DNA from: Actinomycetes bacterium
Lineage (GTDB): Bacteria; Actinomycetota; Coriobacteriia; Coriobacteriales; UBA8131
Assembly: GCA_009787085.1 (NCBI GenBank)
Contig: WRGR01000045.1
Span: 75 to 64,074 of the forward strand
Length of the DNA stretch: 64,000 nucleotides
Direction of reading: 5' to 3'
Position numbers and translations under genes: made by a program. Below are positions 18,106 through 28,202 of the stretch, piece by piece. The notes beneath the pieces are model-generated. The model made no database searches. It had not been told where the DNA came from and worked only from the letters and a program-made list of their open reading frames with translations. Positions within the stretch are counted from its first letter, which is position 1; every line of letters starts with the position of its first letter.

Positions 18106-18846
18106 TCAATCACTGTCACTTCTCACACTGTTAAACAAGTAGTCCTCGTAGGCATGCTTAATTTTGCGATGGTTCTTCACTGTAATGTAGGCAATAGCAC
18201 CGTTGTCCATCACAAAATCGTCCCCCAGCTCGTCCACATGATCCAAGTTCACGACATATGAGCGATGGGAGCGCAGAAAACGAGGCGCCGGGAGCAGCTG
18301 TTCTAGGGAGTCTATAGTCATGGTCGTGGAATGGCAGGCATCCACGGTGTTGATCAAGGATCGACGGTTACGGGACTCGATGTAGATGATGTCGGCCAAG
18401 GGGATGATAATCGGAACGTTCTCAGAGGCGATGGCCAAGGTAGCACCTTGCCGCTTGTCACGCTTCATCGCCGCCAAATCCAAAGCCTCGCTGACATCGG
18501 TTGCAACCAAGGGTTTTAAGAGGTATTTATAGGCATTCAAACGGTAACCCTCGCGAGTGAAATCCTCACTGGTGGTGGTGAAGACCACAACCACCTGACT
18601 GTCTATCGCCCGGATGCGTTCGGTTGTCTCAATGCCATTCAGATCCCCCATAAAGACATCCATAAATACCAAATCGTAAAGACCCTTGTCAAAAGATGAC
18701 AAAAGAGCCTCACCAGACTTGAAGTGATCCACAGAAAGGATACTGTCATTCCCACCTAACATGGCCTTCAAGGTATCAGCGTCAGACTGCGTGTCCTCGG
18801 CTATCGCAATACGCAAAACCGAACGATCAACAGTAGCATCTGACAT
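18106..18846 (-). CDS. LytR/AlgR-family response regulator (REC + LytTR DNA-binding domain)
   Basis: 246 aa. The REC domain is LRIAIAEDTQSDADTL...YDLVFMDVFMGDLNGIE. The C-terminal LytTR region is IIYIESRNRRSLINTVDACH...FLRSHRSYVVNLDHV. Confidence 0.9.
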   Translation of the reverse strand: MSDATVDRSVLRIAIAEDTQSDADTLKAMLGGNDSILSVDHFKSGEALLSSFDKGLYDLVFMDVFMGDLNGIETTERIRAIDSQVVVVFTTTSEDFTREGYRLNAYKYLLKPLVATDVSEALDLAAMKRDKRQGATLAIASENVPIIIPLADIIYIESRNRRSLINTVDACHSTTMTIDSLEQLLPAPRFLRSHRSYVVNLDHVDELGDDFVMDNGAIAYITVKNHRKIKHAYEDYLFNSVRSDSD

Positions 18847-19018
18847 AAAGATTCCCCCCTTTGAGCAATCTCTATGATTCCATGTGCAAATACGTTACTA
18901 AAATGATAACACACATTCGGTTTTCGGAAAGTGCCGATTAGTACCGTTGTGCCGAATCGCGACCCGAGCCGCCCCAGTGGCGTTCGGGCAAGCCACTGTG
19001 TCCACTACCTCCCCCATT

Positions 19019-20137
19019 TCAGATATCATCTCCATAGGCAACTGCACAGGCAATGGCCAAGCGGGCAGTGTTCTCCAAGTCTTCGACTACCAAACTTTCC
19101 TTCAGGCTGTGTACAGCGGTCATGCCGCAACCCAAGACTAACGGGCGGAGGCCTTTGTCTGCCAAGACATTGGCATCCGAACCGCCACCTGTACAACGCG
19201 CCTCAGCCCTCAGCCCGAGTTTTTGCGCCTCATTCAGCACCAGCTGCACCAGCGGGTCGGAAGCCTCTACCTTAAAGCCTGGGTAAGCTTGGGTCCAGTC
19301 TACCTCCACATCACCACCGCCCGTGGCCACGGCGTCCTGTATCGCCGCTGCGAGCTGTACCTGCACCTCGTTCAGCCGCTTGGCCTTTAGCGACCGGAAC
19401 TCACCGGTGACAATGCAGGTGTCGGCAACCACGTTGTTTGCCCGACCGCCTTGGATGGTGCCGATATTGGCAGTGGTCATGTCATCCAGCCGCCCCAGAT
19501 GCATCCCAGAAATCGCCCGGGCAGCCAAAACAATGGCCGACAGCCCGTCTTCCGGCTTGACCCCAGCATGGGAGGCGCGGCCAATAAAGCGGGCGGTGAA
19601 CTCATGGTGGTAGGGCGCACCGATGATCACCACGCCTGGTGGCCCCTCGGCATCCAAAACCAGACAGGGTTCACCCGCAAAGTCTGACCCATCGATGGCT
19701 GCTGCACCTAGTAGCCCACACTCCTCGGCCACGGAAAGCAAAATGACCAGCTCGGGATGGGGCAGGTCGGTCTGATCAAAAGTCCTAACCATCTCGATGA
19801 TCGCGGCAACACCTGATTTGTCGTCACCGCCCAAGACGGTGTCGCCGGCAGAACGGATAACTCCATCTGTAATTTGTGGCCGAATGCCCTCGCCGGGGCT
19901 GACTGTATCCATATGTGCTGAAAAATAAAGCCGCCCGGAACGGCCACGGGCAGGCATGTAAGCGATCAGGTTGCCGGTGTCTGAGCCGGTCTGCGCGGAG
20001 CTGTCATCGATTCGCACCCGGCAGCCACAGGCTTCGAGTTCTTTTTGGCACCAAGCGGCAACTTTGGCCTCATGAAACGAGGGGCTGTCAATCTGGACTA
20101 ACTGGAGAAAGCACTGCAACAATCGCTCAGGGTTCAC
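19019..20137 (-). CDS. M20/M25/M40 family metallo-hydrolase (PepT-like peptidase)
   Basis: 372 aa. FLQLVQIDSPSFHE...FSAHMDTV...GGDDKSGVAAIIE...LLSVAEECGLLGA shows the typical metal-ligand contexts of the M20 family. Confidence 0.8.
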   Translation of the reverse strand: MNPERLLQCFLQLVQIDSPSFHEAKVAAWCQKELEACGCRVRIDDSSAQTGSDTGNLIAYMPARGRSGRLYFSAHMDTVSPGEGIRPQITDGVIRSAGDTVLGGDDKSGVAAIIEMVRTFDQTDLPHPELVILLSVAEECGLLGAAAIDGSDFAGEPCLVLDAEGPPGVVIIGAPYHHEFTARFIGRASHAGVKPEDGLSAIVLAARAISGMHLGRLDDMTTANIGTIQGGRANNVVADTCIVTGEFRSLKAKRLNEVQVQLAAAIQDAVATGGGDVEVDWTQAYPGFKVEASDPLVQLVLNEAQKLGLRAEARCTGGGSDANVLADKGLRPLVLGCGMTAVHSLKESLVVEDLENTARLAIACAVAYGDDI

Positions 20138-20192
20138 TGCCTGATCCTTTCATCTCAACTTATAGTGCATACATTCTACACTCAATTGACTA

Positions 20193-21800
20193 TCACTGCA
20201 TAATAGCAGCTCCAACAAAAGCAGCGAATAGGGGGTGTGGCCGGGTTGGACGGCTTTTGAACTCTGGGTGCCCCTGACAGGCTACAAACCAAGGATGCTC
20301 AGCAAGCTCGATCATCTCCACCAGCCGGGCATCGGGGGACAGACCGCTGATACAAAGGCCAGCCGCCGCCAAACGGTCACGAAAAGCATTGTTCACCTCA
20401 TAGCGATGCCGGTGCCGCTCGTAGACGACCGGCTCGCCATACACCGCATAAGAATTGGTATCCGGAGTCAGGCAGCAAGGATAGGCACCGAGGCGCATGG
20501 TACCACCCTTGTCGTCGATGTCTTCTTGATCGGGCATTAGATCGATCACCGGGTAGGCCAGGCTGCCGCCCAGATCGTTGGCGAACTCGGCAGAGTTGGC
20601 ACCCTCCAAGCCGGCCACGTTGCGGGCAAACTCCACCACTGCGGCATGAAGACCAAGGCAGATGCCAAGGTAGGGAACTTTTTGCTGACGCGCATAGCCA
20701 ACCGCCGCAACCTTGCCCTCGAATGCCCGCGAACCAAAGCCGCCGGGTACCAAAATGCCCTGCATTCCGGCCAAGGTCTGCTCCACACCCGCGCTCTTCA
20801 AAGTCTCCCCGTCGATCAGGCGGACGTTCACTCGACAAGAATGGGCGACCCCAGCATGCTCCAAAGCCTCGACTATCGAGAGATAGGCATCAGGCAAGGA
20901 GACATACTTGCCAACTACAGCGATATCCACTGACTTTGTCAAAGACTGCCGTGCCGTCAAATAGCCCTGCCAAGCAGTGAGGTCGATCTCCTGCGGCTCA
21001 AGGTTCAAGGTGCTCAAGACCTTCAGGTCGAAACTTTGGCGATAGAGGTCTATGGGCACCTGGTAGATGCTCTCCGCGTCTTGGCAGTTGATCACATGGT
21101 CGGCCTTGACATCACAGAACAGGGCGATTTTCTCCCGCACTTTGTCGGTCACCTCGTGGTCAGAGCGGCAGACGATGAAATCCGGCTGAACGCCAATGGA
21201 ACGCAGCTCTTTCACGGAGTGCTGGGTAGGCTTGGTCTTCACCTCGTGGGCAGCAGCAATGTAGGGCACCAAGGTGACATGGATGAAGATCACGTCACCC
21301 AAAGGCTTGCTCATCTTGAACTGCCGCGCCGCCTCGATGAAGGGCAACGACTCAATGTCGCCGATGGTGCCGCCGATCTCGGTAATGACGATATCGGCAG
21401 CGCTCTGGCCGGCAATGCGGGTCAAGCGGTCACAGATGGCGTTGGTCATATGCGGGATAACCTGGACTGTGCCGCCCAAGAAGTCACCGCGCCGCTCCCG
21501 GGCGATCAGGCTTTGGTAGATGGAGCCAGCAGTGAAGTTGCTCTCCCGGGTTAGGTTCTCGTCGATAAAACGCTCGTAATGGCCGAGGTCGAGGTCGCCC
21601 TCATGGCCGTCGTCGGTCACAAACACCTCGCCGTGCTGAAAGGGGCTCATAGTGCCGGGGTCGACATTCAAGTAGGGGTCGGCCTTCTGCAGCGTCACCT
21701 TGTAGCCCCGAGACTTCAACAGGCGGCCAAGAGAGGCGGCGGTGATGCCTTTCCCCAAAGATGAAACTACACCACCAGTGACAAAGATATGTTTAGCCAT
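20193..21800 (-). CDS. pyrG: CTP synthase
   Basis: MAKHIFVTGGVVSSLGKGITAASLGRLLKSRGYKV...DPYLNVDPGTMSPFQHGEVFVTDDG. The glutaminase domain is GILVPGGFG...PYLGICLGLH...HRHRYEVN. Confidence 0.97.
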   Translation of the reverse strand: MAKHIFVTGGVVSSLGKGITAASLGRLLKSRGYKVTLQKADPYLNVDPGTMSPFQHGEVFVTDDGHEGDLDLGHYERFIDENLTRESNFTAGSIYQSLIARERRGDFLGGTVQVIPHMTNAICDRLTRIAGQSAADIVITEIGGTIGDIESLPFIEAARQFKMSKPLGDVIFIHVTLVPYIAAAHEVKTKPTQHSVKELRSIGVQPDFIVCRSDHEVTDKVREKIALFCDVKADHVINCQDAESIYQVPIDLYRQSFDLKVLSTLNLEPQEIDLTAWQGYLTARQSLTKSVDIAVVGKYVSLPDAYLSIVEALEHAGVAHSCRVNVRLIDGETLKSAGVEQTLAGMQGILVPGGFGSRAFEGKVAAVGYARQQKVPYLGICLGLHAAVVEFARNVAGLEGANSAEFANDLGGSLAYPVIDLMPDQEDIDDKGGTMRLGAYPCCLTPDTNSYAVYGEPVVYERHRHRYEVNNAFRDRLAAAGLCISGLSPDARLVEMIELAEHPWFVACQGHPEFKSRPTRPHPLFAAFVGAAIMQ

Positions 21801-22716
21801 CCTTACTCTTCCTTCCTAGGTCATCGAGTTTTCTTAGCCAAGGGGTGTCATCGATGACCTTGCTGAACGATATGCGCTCTGCGAACAGGTTAAAAGCCAA
21901 GAGCACCAAAGCCAGAACCGCCAAGGTCCAGCCGGGAAGGGCTATGACAGACAAATAGCCAAGCACAGCACCCATCGAGTTGGCACCGGCATCGCCAAGC
22001 ATGCCGATCTCCCGCAGGTCAAAACGCAAGGTAGCAAGCAAAGGCCCGATACAGGCCAAAGCAACGGCAACCGCACCAAAGGCCGACAGCCGGAAATAAC
22101 CTACCGCAATAGATACGGCCCAGACCGCCATTACCAAGACCAAGCCCAGCAAATAGGCTTTAGAAGCACGTCCCGGCCTTAGATCGAAGAGGTTCATCAG
22201 GTTGGCCGAAAGAGCCAGCACCGCCCCAGCGGCCACCGCCTTGCCAGCACTTTGCCAAGTGCCATTGAAAAAAACCACAAAGCCAGTAGCCAAGGAAAGC
22301 AGGCCGATACCCACCATCTTCAGGCCGCCAGTCGTCAGCCGCCTACGGGCAAGCGCTGAGAGGTGCCCTCTGAAACCCCGGGTGCTGGAGTCACCAGCCC
22401 AGTCGTCATAGAGTCCGAAAGCAACAGTACCCCCGAGCAACGGTATTGCCGGCAACAACAGGCTCAGCCACTGCGAATCCCCCCAAACCGAGTCCTGGCC
22501 AAGCAAAATGGGCGAGGCCAGCAAACAGGCGAGCTGAGATGCCGCAAATATCGACACTATCCAGATCAACCAAACAATGCCGAGGCCGTTGAAGACGAGT
22601 CGGCCATGGAAGTTCGGCTCTTTGGGGGCCTTGTCTAAAAGCGACGGCACCAGCATCGCCATCGCCAAAACGGGAACGGCCACGCCGAACACCAAACTAA
22701 GTAGAAGCTCGTTCAT
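21793..22716 (-). CDS. Polytopic membrane protein, probably of the MraY/WecA (glycosyltransferase family 4) superfamily
   Basis: 307 aa with about 9 TM segments. YDDWAGD, NLMNLFDLRPGRASK and GDAGANSMGAVLGY resemble, loosely, the polyprenyl-phosphate sugar-phosphate transferase motifs. It overlaps the pyrG start by 8 nt. Confidence 0.45.
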   Translation of the reverse strand: MNELLLSLVFGVAVPVLAMAMLVPSLLDKAPKEPNFHGRLVFNGLGIVWLIWIVSIFAASQLACLLASPILLGQDSVWGDSQWLSLLLPAIPLLGGTVAFGLYDDWAGDSSTRGFRGHLSALARRRLTTGGLKMVGIGLLSLATGFVVFFNGTWQSAGKAVAAGAVLALSANLMNLFDLRPGRASKAYLLGLVLVMAVWAVSIAVGYFRLSAFGAVAVALACIGPLLATLRFDLREIGMLGDAGANSMGAVLGYLSVIALPGWTLAVLALVLLAFNLFAERISFSKVIDDTPWLRKLDDLGRKSKDG

Positions 22717-22817
22717 AGGGAACCGCTCACGGACACTCGCTCATAGTGGATCGGATTCCTTCCATAAAGAATGCTTTGGGAAGCTGGAGAATATCGCTTC
22801 AATGGTATCATAAGCAG

Positions 22818-25800
22818 ATGTATTCAACTCGGCTCTACAAAACACTGGTCGTCCTGATTGCCATGGTTCTGACCCATGGGATCGTCACTGCGTCCATATT
22901 TGCCTTAAATGCCAGCCCGAATGCGGCGGTGACGGGGCAGACGGCAAACAGGGCATCGCTTTGGCCCACGGCTAAGCCTGTGCCCGGGACGGCCGCCGGG
23001 GCGCAGGCCCAAACACCAACCGGGACAGCTGCCGGGGCACCGCAGCTCTCAAGGGCCGCCGATGCCCTCAGCTTCATGAATATCGGTACAGCAGCGCCCA
23101 GCCTAGCGGTTATCCCACCGGCCAGTGCGCCAGCGGCCGCCAGCCCGGCGGCGGCCACCCTGACGGTTGACCGGAAGGCGGCTGCGGAAAGCACACACCC
23201 CTTGGCGATCATCTACCTCCCTGGTTTGGACTTCAACAGTATCAACATCCAGAATGCACCCCATATCTACCAGCTGATCAGTGACTCAGCAGTTGCCAAC
23301 CTCAGCGCACCGCTACCGGGAGGCCGTGAGCAGCTGCTCAGCAACCCACATATCGCTTGGTACTCGCTGCCAGACAACTTAAGCCTAGCCGCCGTCGATG
23401 CCTCCTTGCCGGAGGCTATGAGCACCTTCGACGAACGCTGGCTGGTCGTTTTGGTCAGCGACCCTTACCTTAAGGCCAAGTCCACTGCGCCGCCCAGCCG
23501 TGCGCTAACATCAGTTGTCATCCATGGCAACGACCTCAAGGGCTACCTGACCTCTGAAAGCAGCCATCGCCAAGGCCTGATTTGCGCCAACGACCTAGAC
23601 TTGCTCGCACGGCACTTGAATTTCGAGCCAGACGACCCCAATTACTCAGATGCCAGCATCGAGGGCTTGGAGACCTTGGATAACACAGCGACACGACTGG
23701 GCAACCTAGCCCAAGAGCGGCAAGTTATCCAATCGACCTATGACTCCAAGACCATCGGCGGCCTTGGTTTCATGAGCCTCTTTTTCGTCGCCTTAGGCAT
23801 CTCCTGCATTCTGATCTACCTCAATTACCGCGGCCGCATCGCCTTCCGCCGGGTGCTGATTCCCCTAGTCCGAGTTATCTGGATCGTCGTCTTGAGCTTT
23901 CCGGCAGCCAGCTTCCTGATGTTCTTGTTCGTGCCGCCCATGCCGTCTAGCCAAACAATGCTCGGCCTCTGTGGCATTTGGATGTTTGTGATCACTGTCG
24001 GAGCCTTGATTTTGGGCAAGATCCGCAAATGGGTGTATTCGATCATCGCCCTTTTCATCTTGTCCATCTTAGTGATTGTGGTCGGCCAACTCTGCGGCGG
24101 GCCGCTGGCAATGCCCGGATACATGACCTATGACATCTTAGAGGGTTCTCGCTACTATGGCATGGGCAACGAGCAAGGCGCGATGCTCTTCGGGTCATGG
24201 ATCACCCTCACCGGGCTTTTGATCAACCGCTTCGGTGACCTGCGCGGTGTCAGGGCCCTCAAGCTATGGGGCTTCCCGCTGGGCTCGGCCGCTCTCTTGA
24301 TCATGTCCAGCAGCCCTTGGCTGGGTGCCAGCTTCGGCCAGTTGATCTGGGGGACCACTGGTTGCTTTGTTGCTTGGTGGCTGTTCAACAACCGCCGTAT
24401 TAATCCTTTGTTTATCGCCATCTCAGTGGTAGCCTCTTTCACGGTAGCCGTAGGGGTACTGTATTTGGACGTAATGCTGAACCCGCTATCCCATATGTCT
24501 TGGGTCATCCCGGCTATGGAGCAGGGCTTTCCAAACTTGGCCATAGCTTTGCTGCACGAGGTCTGGAAAGTGTCTTTGAACACCATGACCGCCCATGTTC
24601 CGGCTGTCGCATTGGTGTTTGCCGCAGCCATAGTAATCTTTTTGATAGTGCTGCTGATACGCAAACCGGGGACTTATCGGGAGTTCTGGCAGCGCAACCC
24701 GGCTTTTCGCAGCGCCTACGGGGTTTGTTTGTTCATCTCATTGATCGCTTTTTGCTTGGAGGATTCCGGGGTCTTCACCCCAGCGGTACTTTTGATCTAC
24801 CCCGTCTCCTGTTTGATATGGCTGATCGCAGATTTGCACCGCTGGCATTTACGTACCTTGGCAGCCGGTGACGAGGAGCCGAGCATTCGCCAAATGCAGC
24901 AAGAGGCTATCGCCAAGGAGACATCAACCCATGCTGCTGCGCTGAACCGCCCGCCACAGCCAACGGCAGCAGTGCTTGCCCAAGAGGAACAGCGCTCCGA
25001 AACAACAGCCAGCATGATCGACCAGTCTTTGCAGGTTATCCTCGGCAGCTCGGCTACCGCAACCGCCGACCCGGCGGCCGGGTCGGCGGCGACAACGGGC
25101 GGCAAGCGCCAAGCAGAGTTCGAGTTACGGGCAAAGGCCGAACTATCGGCAGCCATTCGAGCTGCAACCGAGTTGGACACAAGGCTTAAGGCAACGGCGG
25201 GCAGGCCGGCCGAGGCCACCGTCCAAGCAGCGATCACTGTAGCTGATGGCGGCGAGGCCAAAACAGCAGGTGGCCAAAACAGCGGTCATGAGATATCGAC
25301 GATTGTTGACGAAATATTGAAGTCGGCCGGAAGCAAAGAGCCTACCGAAAGCGAAGCTGCGAGCAAGGACGCCGAGACGACCGGGGACGAAAAGTCTGCC
25401 TTGATCGCAAATCCGGACGACTTGCTGCCAAGTGCGGCAGCATCGGCAGACCAGCAGCCCTCAGTCAGGCGCTCTACCGCCTTGATGTCTATGATCACGC
25501 TCGTCTCCCGAGTCACCGGCTTTGCCCGCACTTGGGCGATGGCTTTCGCCCTTGGCAACACCTTGCTCACCTCGGCCTACAACATCGCCAACGGCCTGCC
25601 TAACCAGATTTTCGAGCTGGTCGCCGGGGGTATTCTCTCCTCGGTGTTCTTGCCCATCTACTTGGCACAAAGGGAGAAACGCGGCAAGCAGGCCGCCAGC
25701 GACTATGCCTCCAACCTCTTCTCTTTGGGCTTGGTGGTACTCGGTGCCATCTCCATCCTAGCCACCGTCTTCGCTCCTCAGGTGGTGTTCACCCAAACCT

Positions 25801-27203
25801 TCCTAAACCAGAACTCCAACCAAGAGGCAGTCCAGCTGGCCTGCTTCTTCTTCCGCTTCTTCGCCATCCAGATATTCTTCTACGGCATCGGCGGGCTTTT
25901 GAACAGCCTGCTCAATGCCCATCGGGAGTTCCTCTGGTCGTCGATCGGGCCGGTCTTCAACAATATCGTGGTGGTCGCGGTGATGTTCAGCTACCCCTTC
26001 TTGGCCGCCACCAACCCGCAGCTAGCAATGACCTGGCTGGCTGTCGGCACATCATTGGGTGTGGTGGCGATGTTTGCCATCCAGCTGCCGGCGCTGATCC
26101 GCCTGAAGATCCCCTTGCGCTTTCGTATCAACCTCCGCGACCCGGCCTTACGTGAAAGCCTTGTGCTGGCGGTGCCGGTGACGGTCTTCGTGGTCATCAA
26201 TGTCATAGTGGCCAGCGTGCTGAACGCAGTTGCCCTGCACACCTCGCCAGAGGGGCCGTCGGCCATCGCCTATGCCTGGCTCTGGTACCAGCTGCCCTAT
26301 GGGGTGATCGCCGTAGCCCTCTCCACAGCCCTGTTCACCGAGATGAGCGAGGCCAGCGCCGCTGAGAACTGGACACAGTTGCGTGCCAATATTCGCATGG
26401 GGCTGCGCACTACCCTGTTCGCCATCATCCCGCTGGCCTTGATGGTGCTGGTGTTGGCCAATCAGTTGGTCGGCCTGTACAACTTCGGCAAGTTCACCCA
26501 CGATGACGTACTGGTGGTTGCCCAGGTGCTCCGCTATTGGTGCTTGGCGCTGCCCTTCTTTGCCGCCTACCGTTTCATCTACCGCGTCTTCAGCTCACTG
26601 CGCGACCTGAAAGCCTTTATCGCCATCGATGCCATCGGGCGGCTGGTGCAGGTTTTCCTCTATGGCTTTTTGACCACTGGCTTCGGCCTTTGGCCGGGGC
26701 TTGGCCTAGTTGGCCTGCCACTGGCCGATGCCATCAGCTACGTCTTGCTTTGTGCAGCGATGCTGGTATTGCTGTATCGGAAGGTCGGCCACTACGGTTT
26801 AACTAAGATATTCTTGGACGGCCTGAAGGTCACCCTAGCGGCTCTGGCGGCCGCAGCGCTGCCCTTCTTCCTAACCGCACTGGGCGGGCCTGACCCGAAC
26901 ATACTGGTTTCGCTGGCCAAGGCCTGTCTCTGGGGTACTTTTATTATGCTGGCCTATTTCCTTTGCTGCCGACTGCTGCGGGTTCCGGAGGTGGCACTGG
27001 TCGGCCAGCTGGCAAAGCGTTTCAAGCAACTGGCAAGGCAGCCTGGCGGTGATCAGGACGGCAGCTCGGATGATGGCTTAGGAGACAAACAAAAGGGCTA
27101 TCCAAACGGCAAGCAAAACGGCAAATCAGCAGGGGAACCGGCAAGGAAGGGGGCTCATGAGCATGAGTGCGAAGATGAACGTGAGCGAGATCGACAAAGA
27201 TGA
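22818..27203 (+). CDS. murJ: Lipid II flippase MurJ fused to a large N-terminal uncharacterised exported/polytopic module
   Basis: This is a single uninterrupted frame. The track opens it at GTG 22746; the first ATG, at 22818, gives MYSTRLYKT followed by a TM. The last roughly 560 aa begin RRSTALMSMITLVSRVTGFARTWAMAFALGNTLLTSAYNIANGLPNQIFELVAGGILSSVFLPIY, the canonical MurJ N-terminus, and carry about 14 TM segments. The preceding roughly 900 aa comprise a signal-anchor, an Ala/Pro-rich stretch, a soluble domain of about 250 aa, about 12 TM segments and an acidic/Ala-rich linker. Confidence 0.85.
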   Translation: MYSTRLYKTLVVLIAMVLTHGIVTASIFALNASPNAAVTGQTANRASLWPTAKPVPGTAAGAQAQTPTGTAAGAPQLSRAADALSFMNIGTAAPSLAVIPPASAPAAASPAAATLTVDRKAAAESTHPLAIIYLPGLDFNSINIQNAPHIYQLISDSAVANLSAPLPGGREQLLSNPHIAWYSLPDNLSLAAVDASLPEAMSTFDERWLVVLVSDPYLKAKSTAPPSRALTSVVIHGNDLKGYLTSESSHRQGLICANDLDLLARHLNFEPDDPNYSDASIEGLETLDNTATRLGNLAQERQVIQSTYDSKTIGGLGFMSLFFVALGISCILIYLNYRGRIAFRRVLIPLVRVIWIVVLSFPAASFLMFLFVPPMPSSQTMLGLCGIWMFVITVGALILGKIRKWVYSIIALFILSILVIVVGQLCGGPLAMPGYMTYDILEGSRYYGMGNEQGAMLFGSWITLTGLLINRFGDLRGVRALKLWGFPLGSAALLIMSSSPWLGASFGQLIWGTTGCFVAWWLFNNRRINPLFIAISVVASFTVAVGVLYLDVMLNPLSHMSWVIPAMEQGFPNLAIALLHEVWKVSLNTMTAHVPAVALVFAAAIVIFLIVLLIRKPGTYREFWQRNPAFRSAYGVCLFISLIAFCLEDSGVFTPAVLLIYPVSCLIWLIADLHRWHLRTLAAGDEEPSIRQMQQEAIAKETSTHAAALNRPPQPTAAVLAQEEQRSETTASMIDQSLQVILGSSATATADPAAGSAATTGGKRQAEFELRAKAELSAAIRAATELDTRLKATAGRPAEATVQAAITVADGGEAKTAGGQNSGHEISTIVDEILKSAGSKEPTESEAASKDAETTGDEKSALIANPDDLLPSAAASADQQPSVRRSTALMSMITLVSRVTGFARTWAMAFALGNTLLTSAYNIANGLPNQIFELVAGGILSSVFLPIYLAQREKRGKQAASDYASNLFSLGLVVLGAISILATVFAPQVVFTQTFLNQNSNQEAVQLACFFFRFFAIQIFFYGIGGLLNSLLNAHREFLWSSIGPVFNNIVVVAVMFSYPFLAATNPQLAMTWLAVGTSLGVVAMFAIQLPALIRLKIPLRFRINLRDPALRESLVLAVPVTVFVVINVIVASVLNAVALHTSPEGPSAIAYAWLWYQLPYGVIAVALSTALFTEMSEASAAENWTQLRANIRMGLRTTLFAIIPLALMVLVLANQLVGLYNFGKFTHDDVLVVAQVLRYWCLALPFFAAYRFIYRVFSSLRDLKAFIAIDAIGRLVQVFLYGFLTTGFGLWPGLGLVGLPLADAISYVLLCAAMLVLLYRKVGHYGLTKIFLDGLKVTLAALAAAALPFFLTALGGPDPNILVSLAKACLWGTFIMLAYFLCCRLLRVPEVALVGQLAKRFKQLARQPGGDQDGSSDDGLGDKQKGYPNGKQNGKSAGEPARKGAHEHECEDERERDRQR

Positions 27204-28014
27204 TGCGGCAGACACAAACCCAAGCTTGAACCGGAGTTTGAGCGCGAACTCCGGCAAACGCTGCCATGTGCTAATACCGGCCTACAATGAGGAGCGGATC
27301 ATCGCCACAACCGTCGAGGCCTTGAGCAGCTTGGCTGGCCAACCCGACATTTGGGTGATCGACGACGGCAGCAAAGATGCCACGGCTGAGCTGGCGCAAC
27401 GGGCCGGGGCGAATGTTTGCTCCAGCCAACGTCGTTTGGGCAAGGGTGCCGCCTTGACCTTGGGCATAGAGCGGCTGACGGCAGCGATAGCCGACGGCGG
27501 CGAGGCCGGCGGCTCCAACCCCAGTGTCAATGGCGGCAGAAGCAGTGCCAGCAGCAGGGTTGCCAGCGCCAGCGATATCGTGCTGTTGATCGATGCCGAC
27601 CTAGGGGCAAGCGCCGCCAAGGTCGGCCCGTTGATTGAAGCAATAGCCCAAGGACAAGCCGACCTGGCTATCGCTGTACTGCCCAGCCCACCGGACACCG
27701 GTGGCTTCGGCTTGGTGAAGAGCCTCGGCAAGCGCGCCATCCGAAATCTTGGTGGCGGCTTTGAGTCCCGAGCACCGCTCAGCGGCCAGCGGGCGTTGAC
27801 GCTTGACACCATGAGGCAGCTGATGCCCCTAGCAGACGGCTACGGCGTTGAGGTTGTAATGACCATCCGAGCGCTGCAGGCCGGAATGCGGGTACTGGAG
27901 CTGCCAATGGCTCTCCGCCATCGCTTCACAGGGCGCGACCTAGCCGGCTTTCTGCACCGTGGCCGCCAATACCTCGACCTCCGAGCAGCATTGAGGCAGA
28001 TGGGGAAAGGCTAG
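27157..28014 (+). CDS. Glycosyltransferase family 2 protein
   Basis: CHVLIPAYNEERIIATTVEALSS...IWVIDDGSKDATAELA...LLIDADL is the GT-A fold with its DxD motif. The SD is AAGGAAGGGGG. It overlaps the murJ tail by 47 nt. Confidence 0.75.
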   Translation: MSMSAKMNVSEIDKDDAADTNPSLNRSLSANSGKRCHVLIPAYNEERIIATTVEALSSLAGQPDIWVIDDGSKDATAELAQRAGANVCSSQRRLGKGAALTLGIERLTAAIADGGEAGGSNPSVNGGRSSASSRVASASDIVLLIDADLGASAAKVGPLIEAIAQGQADLAIAVLPSPPDTGGFGLVKSLGKRAIRNLGGGFESRAPLSGQRALTLDTMRQLMPLADGYGVEVVMTIRALQAGMRVLELPMALRHRFTGRDLAGFLHRGRQYLDLRAALRQMGKG

Positions 28015-28202
28015 AGGCAACGTAGGCATACAAGAATCAGATACACAGGCTTGCTTGTTCATCATCAAGAGATGCTGCCCCGTGCGCCCATGGAAGAATC
28101 ATCTCACCGCAGTTGGTGCCACATACCACTGCGTGACAGAGGAGCCACTCCCGAAAGTTGCCGTCACCGTTCCTTGCTTCAAGATGCCGTTCACCTGATT
28201 TG

